NCBI GenBank assembly: GCA_947585525.1
Contig: CANPXA010000001.1
Span: 1 to 32,023 of the forward strand
Length of the DNA: 32,023 nt
Direction: 5' to 3'
Source of the DNA: an uncultured Akkermansia sp.
GTDB taxonomy: Bacteria; Verrucomicrobiota; Verrucomicrobiia; Verrucomicrobiales; Akkermansiaceae
The position numbers and the translations under genes are program-made. The notes under the pieces are model-generated. The model was not told where the DNA came from. It saw nothing but the letters and a program-made list of their open reading frames with translations, and made no database searches. Shown here piece by piece: positions 28,501 through 32,023 of the stretch (its first letter is position 1; each line of letters begins with the position of its first letter).

Positions 28501-31500
28501 CCGGCGTGTCGCTTGATGTCAGCAGGGGGAAAATCGTGTTGGGCGACACGGAACACGCCATCGACTGGAAGGGACAGAAGATTTCCGGAGAAGGGGAGCT
28601 CGTGTTAAGAAATGTGACTCTGGGGGAGGGAGGATTCACGAGCCGTGGCTCTCAATCCAAGTTACGAGTCGAAACAGCGGGGGCCTCCGTTGCCGGGAAT
28701 CCCGGAGGTCTGGTGGATCTGGGTGGGATGGATGTGTCAAAAGGGGTGCTCAGCGGCATCGTTGTCAATGAGCGAGGTCAGCTCAAGGGCGTGCGGGGTA
28801 CCATCACGGTGGGAGGCAGTCGCGGTATAACAGTGGACATCTATCTTTCGAGGGAGAATGTCGGAGAGGGGGCGATGTCCGCCGTCGTCGGCAGTGAGGA
28901 GGGCGTGACCTTCGACGTTAAGAGAAGGAATTCGCTCAAGTTGCATCTAGGAGCGAGTGCGGCGGGAGCGATTGCCGAGAGTTTTCAGGACACGGAACAA
29001 GAAGGAACCGGAACTGCGGTTCTCTCTGTGGTAGAAAATGGAAGCATCGGTGACTCCGGGTCGGACGTGAGCTCCTATTTCGACGTGAGCGAAGAGGCGC
29101 AGGCTGTGCTCGATGTAACAGGCGCTCATGTAGAGAAGGATGAACAGGGTCGCATCATCATCACCGGGAGCGCGGCGGATGTCTATATCGTGCGCGATGA
29201 GATGACGCTGGAGGGGGATGGCACGGGAGTGCTCGCAGAAAGCAAGGCTACTCTTCTCTCCCGGGAGACAAGCAAGCTCCATCTTCTTCAAGAAGGTAAG
29301 GATGGAACGGACGATGATATAACAATCAGAAATCTCGTGGGTGTGAGTGGCAGTGAGCTCACGGTTGAAAACCAAGCGGGGGATGCTGAAAACAATCGCT
29401 TCACCGTCCACTTCAACAACACGAAGGCGGATATCACGCAGGAGGATGTGAAGGGCGAGGGGAAGGCGGAAGACGTGGAGGGGCAGGATACGACCTTCTA
29501 CGGTTCCTTCACGGCAGGCGTCGGAGTGGATGTGGAGAAGAAGGGACTGGGAACCTTCACGGTGGGTGGTAACTACACGCTGAAGGATGGTTCTACGACC
29601 ATCACGCAGGGACGTCTCGTTCTCAAGGGCGAGAAAAATAGCATGGAGAATCTCGTCTTTAACTACATGGGCGAACCGGATCCGAACGGTCACCAAGGAG
29701 ATCAGCTGAAAGCTGAGGAGCGTGGACTTGTGCTGGCCGGGGGCGGCAAGACGACCATTAGCGGGACAATCAAGGAGAGCGAGGATGCGGAGGGAGGCGG
29801 GAGCGATGCCATCGAGATAGAGGACGATTCGGAGCTCGTGCTCACCGGCAGCAACACGCTGGAGCACACCTCAATCACCGCCGATGATGCGGAGAATGGA
29901 GGCGGGAAACTGACGATTGAGGGCGAGGGAGCGAGTCTCACGCTGAAAGGGGGAGACTCCCAACTCTCCGGGGTGGATGTGGAGCTGAAAGGAGAAGGAA
30001 GCGCGTTGGACGTGGGTGGCGCCAAAAATGAGGTCACTTCCCTCTCCGGCAACGGTGTCCTGAAGAGCACCGCAGGGGCGGAGCTTTCCTTGGGCGGCGG
30101 CTCCTTCTCCGGTACGTTGGACTGCTCGCCCGACAGCTCGACCGGAAAGGCCGGCAAGTTGGTGGTGGAGAAGGACTCTGACTTCACGCTGGATAACGTG
30201 GTCACCGGGTCTGATGCGACCAAGGCGTGGGACGTGCAGGTGCGGGACGGAGGAGCGTTGACCATCGATGTGAGTAAAAAAGGGGCGGAGGAAGGCATGA
30301 CTTTAGGCGATGTGGACCTCGGCTCCGGCAACACGACCACCTTCAAGGTGAACAGCGACACCTACGAAACGACGACCGTGCAAGGCAATTCCCTCACGTG
30401 GGGAGAGGACAGCACGATTGTGCTGGAGGCATCGGCCGGGGAGACTGCTTGGGATCCGAGCAAGGGAGATCTCACCTTGGGCAGTTACGGCAGCATAGAC
30501 GGCAAGGTGGCTGATTTGGAGGTTCAACTTCGTGGGGACGCCTTCCTCATGTCGGACGTGACGGGCGTGAAGGAGAAAGACGGGAAAGTGGTTATTGAGT
30601 TGAGAGAGACTAAGGATAATAAATTTGAGCGCGCCATACCGGGCGGCGAGAAGAATTCTATGGCAGGGTCGCAGATGTTCTGGGGCTCGCTCAAGGACAA
30701 GACGCAGTTTGAGACGCTCATGGATATTCTCTCCAATCCGGATTCCGACTACGCGAAGATGGTGCATGGACTCGTCGGACTGATGGATTCCGGCAACAAG
30801 GCAGAGCTGGAGCGAGCTCTCGCCGCCGGTGCCGGTTCATCCATCTCAGTTCTCGGACCCGCGCTCGTGCAGGACCTGCACCGCCAGCTCGGCGCCATCC
30901 GCAACCGCACGACCACCATGGCGAATGAGGTCACGTACGATTCGTACGACCAACTGCCGATGTGGCACGCCTGGCTCAATGCCGAGGGCAACTACCACAA
31001 GATGGACTCCGACGGCTTCGCCCCGGGCTACACGCTCAACAACTGGGGCGGCACGGTGGGTGTGGACGCGGATGTATCGGAACGCACAACGGTAGGACTC
31101 GCGCTCACGGCGATGTACGGCGACCTCAAGACGGAGAGCACGGATGTGGGCAAGGGAGACCTGGACACGACGTACTTGTCGGCGTTTGCGCGCACGACGA
31201 AGGGAGCGTGGATTCACACCTTCGTGGTGAGCTTTGGCATGGCGGATGTGAGCCTGAATCGCACGGTGAACGCGGGCGGCGTGAACTACCGCACGCAGGG
31301 TAGCACGGATGGATATGCCGTGGGCGCCATGTATGAGGTAGGCTACACGAAGCTGACGAACCGGAGAGGGACGATGGCGTTCCAGCCTGTGTTCAACGTG
31401 GAGATACGCCATGCGGCGATCAAAGGCTACACGGAGACGGGGAGCGATGCGGGACTTAAGGTGGACGACATCGAGCAGGATGTGGTGACCTTCGGGTTCG

Positions 31501-31805
31501 GCGCGAGATTACAGAGCATCGTCGGAGAGAACATCTACAACCGCACGTCGATCCTCGAGGGACGCCTGCTGGTGAAGGCCGATGTGGGAGACAACACGGG
31601 AGTAGCGAAGAACTCTCTGATAGGGGCGTCGACGGTGGGAGAGGTAGAGAGTGCGGAGGTAGGAGCGCTTGGGATAGAAGCGGGGATAGGGCTGACGATA
31701 CCGCTCGGGGCATCGGCGGGCAGCGTGTTCATGGATGCCTCGGCAGAGGTGCGCAGCGGCTGGACCAGCTTCAATGCGACCGTTGGCTATAGAATCAACT
31801 TCTGA
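22527..31805 (+). CDS. Giant autotransporter (type Va) with beta-helical passenger, about 3092 aa
   Basis: Start at ATG 22527 (MKLHLPSGFRKALMACLAA); Gly/Thr/Ser-rich passenger with K.G.G.l.l motifs; C-terminal barrel ending VGYRINF. Confidence 0.92.
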   Translation: MKLHLPSGFRKALMACLAAVALPTTFPSTFGSASGIAAMMFLFTSQRVAANFGPADVSYSSRDYEDNVSIDGDTDLVIKRGTQVDQNKLHVMGGSDANLKITAEDTSEGRIYILDGGGFKTFQSIWLSQGNYEIYSNDGQYAIDTTLRSLYVAGDNAHLTFKRYAGDAEGYFGEHKLGADFYIGRTTSTVGDDDVGKVFNLKLESGITVETSGSLTVQDAFGYICLANEDGNKKAARLAFDGSVSGATLRLDSGARDNVKAAGTLYLGTGGELTETLQLFDKATVVLGNGSTLKVGSFNSQWTSGTITTENDETATLEITKGAGMNVGLLSIGAGVTLKMNATADDGKQILAAANPASQNSSSLNGNLWIVRGTLELQGSDSDYTIGGNIQIDGGMLQFDKSTTVVGGIRYNVESNSAFSYTSGITVKGNWDIQKGVAEDAMSHMVFGDAITLDGNIILSNNSVVQFGNESGAASTVKGKITDAEGSYGEVWVENVGVNFDDVVELKGALRFGWGGFISLKTKLVVGSLLLDNGDHQTTFARAAGVEEDVQVILKLSEEEGHLSRLGRNGEGGAEISSGVLTYNDPNFLGLFGQGVVFGVEGGGKTLILRGGGTTEGGLTIGEGATLQLDGGDSGADFTVGGKISGDGTLRIVTGNDGKYLTLNAGGSIGSIEMSRWGGRFKIGANLTVGGMTEDAPVNTDYNRKRSVDSSDEADHSFILDVAQGNHSVEKVQFDERINIVKRGNGKQTFREATVGGDVTVEAGELAFSATEEMTIGGAVSISGGTMSWSGGTLTVTGQLSSSDGGTLSVAYGENTKLTLTGGVGTALSLTLTGLTYNVVDGDGWALFGESWNDEWKGKITVNGSVVNEGQRYKLKIDDSTHHIVLGDEIEVQSLTWTSSSAEDTLNWSGSSEWDGSKTFEDYDGVTLAGGSTGGKVQLSMDVIADSLTVTGSNNAVVTLLGTGTLNVDGELQVERGATLSVGGNVTLQFGSVGESGLEGKLEVTADGVIKPTDGATITSLNGAGGTIDLSALSGEQENDKTFTVTTLTFTSETTTTVSLGDSGVLSTSAQVNGSGADLIIDTGTEEHGGGTLGLKMTGGGTLGSLQCKGESSGVYVTAELNGEWTLEKESNLGSLQMNSETNLTLILGDTFSLNGFGAVAWGTGGTKLEILADRDNVDFVYDSKFSNRDVWLNKDSGSFVIGDETHSVDFIVKHIRDDNFTGFGMHTFSLTGNLEIQKGKLQFYSVAEGTIKGELSGAGTLSLTESNFTIGTVNGAGSIGTLEFRGSDGGATTTVKLVGDLTVKSVTKTHDSHNIDGQGILQRAGEAMAANVYLLIDTGAEVTEETINVFEERYAAVQRFEANTGMGKAGSGELKLSAEEGAETMATPFKLAAGTLTWTGGTQEMSDFTAVSGTTLKVTGGNLQLGTFSGELTSLNLSGRGVLTAGGGVLTVGSIEVSGTDARLEIDAAGRAQIKLVSAGIISNDGGKLTIDVQNVSGAHYQLFDLGDAAPDWWTEWYRQYRQYVNIVAGNVSGVCLNEDGSIDIMPGDGVTWVGGGDNNTWSNESDAEWKPNLQPNEQHVHFVKDTEGEKHEGTVRIEGSVTPRSVYIDGGTYTFVNAENEGGLDIAEGGMLQVSEGATLHLNLKNSSIPTVDLQGTLGLGHAEALPTSGTKLQFNGGVLLYDTEGVATDVSSLVNRENSTGDVRVRVEDAVGGVVWGSRNSAANSGVGLALDSGLDKSGTGNFTLAWKDDGKTEHGGKVTVEEGILTLDVAANSNAQLTGGVEVDGKGELALQVGSGSLSLSGDVSGDGKLSVSQGAVSLSGNNTIKQIELGNGTTTTINGDNALGGNDTTLILSGGTIAASSAAQVQAGKVTVNADTTLDGDITLTGTLEGSSSLTAAAGKNVSLSGDIAGYTGTLGTEEKSTWSLSGRAIGADGRLNVNLGGKGTFEVRGDSDVFLSGILGHAGDSFTLKNGGDGELIITSSNTDATGVSLDVSRGKIVLGDTEHAIDWKGQKISGEGELVLRNVTLGEGGFTSRGSQSKLRVETAGASVAGNPGGLVDLGGMDVSKGVLSGIVVNERGQLKGVRGTITVGGSRGITVDIYLSRENVGEGAMSAVVGSEEGVTFDVKRRNSLKLHLGASAAGAIAESFQDTEQEGTGTAVLSVVENGSIGDSGSDVSSYFDVSEEAQAVLDVTGAHVEKDEQGRIIITGSAADVYIVRDEMTLEGDGTGVLAESKATLLSRETSKLHLLQEGKDGTDDDITIRNLVGVSGSELTVENQAGDAENNRFTVHFNNTKADITQEDVKGEGKAEDVEGQDTTFYGSFTAGVGVDVEKKGLGTFTVGGNYTLKDGSTTITQGRLVLKGEKNSMENLVFNYMGEPDPNGHQGDQLKAEERGLVLAGGGKTTISGTIKESEDAEGGGSDAIEIEDDSELVLTGSNTLEHTSITADDAENGGGKLTIEGEGASLTLKGGDSQLSGVDVELKGEGSALDVGGAKNEVTSLSGNGVLKSTAGAELSLGGGSFSGTLDCSPDSSTGKAGKLVVEKDSDFTLDNVVTGSDATKAWDVQVRDGGALTIDVSKKGAEEGMTLGDVDLGSGNTTTFKVNSDTYETTTVQGNSLTWGEDSTIVLEASAGETAWDPSKGDLTLGSYGSIDGKVADLEVQLRGDAFLMSDVTGVKEKDGKVVIELRETKDNKFERAIPGGEKNSMAGSQMFWGSLKDKTQFETLMDILSNPDSDYAKMVHGLVGLMDSGNKAELERALAAGAGSSISVLGPALVQDLHRQLGAIRNRTTTMANEVTYDSYDQLPMWHAWLNAEGNYHKMDSDGFAPGYTLNNWGGTVGVDADVSERTTVGLALTAMYGDLKTESTDVGKGDLDTTYLSAFARTTKGAWIHTFVVSFGMADVSLNRTVNAGGVNYRTQGSTDGYAVGAMYEVGYTKLTNRRGTMAFQPVFNVEIRHAAIKGYTETGSDAGLKVDDIEQDVVTFGFGARLQSIVGENIYNRTSILEGRLLVKADVGDNTGVAKNSLIGASTVGEVESAEVGALGIEAGIGLTIPLGASAGSVFMDASAEVRSGWTSFNATVGYRINF

Positions 31806-31887
31806 CGAAGTGTGATTCTATAGCCTAAGTCAACTATAATAATTAAGGTCGGCGAATTTTTATTTTACGCTAAGAAAGGTCAGCATA

Positions 31888-32023
31888 GCTCCGCTTATGG
31901 GGGGGCTTTCAGCCTCCCCATTCCCCTCTGACCAGGGAGAGAGCTCCTCGCTCTCTCCCTTGGATCCCTCTCTGCGGGGGGATTCCTTAGATGGGGAGGG
32001 CTGCTCATCCCTCCCCTAACCCC
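31888..32023. repeat. Cluster of consecutive G/C-run hairpins (truncated by window end)
   Basis: Stems 31897-31921, 31934-31960, about 31962-31986 and 31993-32016. Confidence 0.6.

Noticed and set aside
22527-31805. Diversity-generating retroelement or invertible cassette acting on the autotransporter
   Set aside because: No reverse transcriptase, recombinase or template/variable repeat pair seen; differences between the paralog ends are not adenine-specific.

Overview
GC-rich bacterial chromosome segment, most likely Verrucomicrobiota (Akkermansia-like). This is inferred from the MKLHLP-type giant autotransporter, the L28/L36 style and the gene content. It is mostly housekeeping: rpsF, kdsD-like isomerase, ptsH-ptsI, Xaa-Pro aminopeptidase, a type B L36 missed by the ORF track, metX, serS followed by an atypical exbB/exbD-like operon, an ankyrin lipoprotein plus membrane protein pair, RNase P RNA, an alpha/beta hydrolase lipoprotein, rpmB, a lipoprotein-M23-TPR operon and a ~3090-aa autotransporter. 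The 3' end of a paralogous autotransporter opens the window. The most striking unexplained structure is non-coding. Eight longer intergenic regions carry members of one modular repeat family built from an outer palindrome, arrays of 7-bp units (ATTTACG/AATTACG on left ends, CGTAAAT/CGTCCAT on right ends, i.e. inverted), and shuffled internal hairpin modules rich in GCGNAGC mini-hairpins. No transposase, CRISPR array or tRNA was found. Product calls come from motif recognition by eye; no searches were run.
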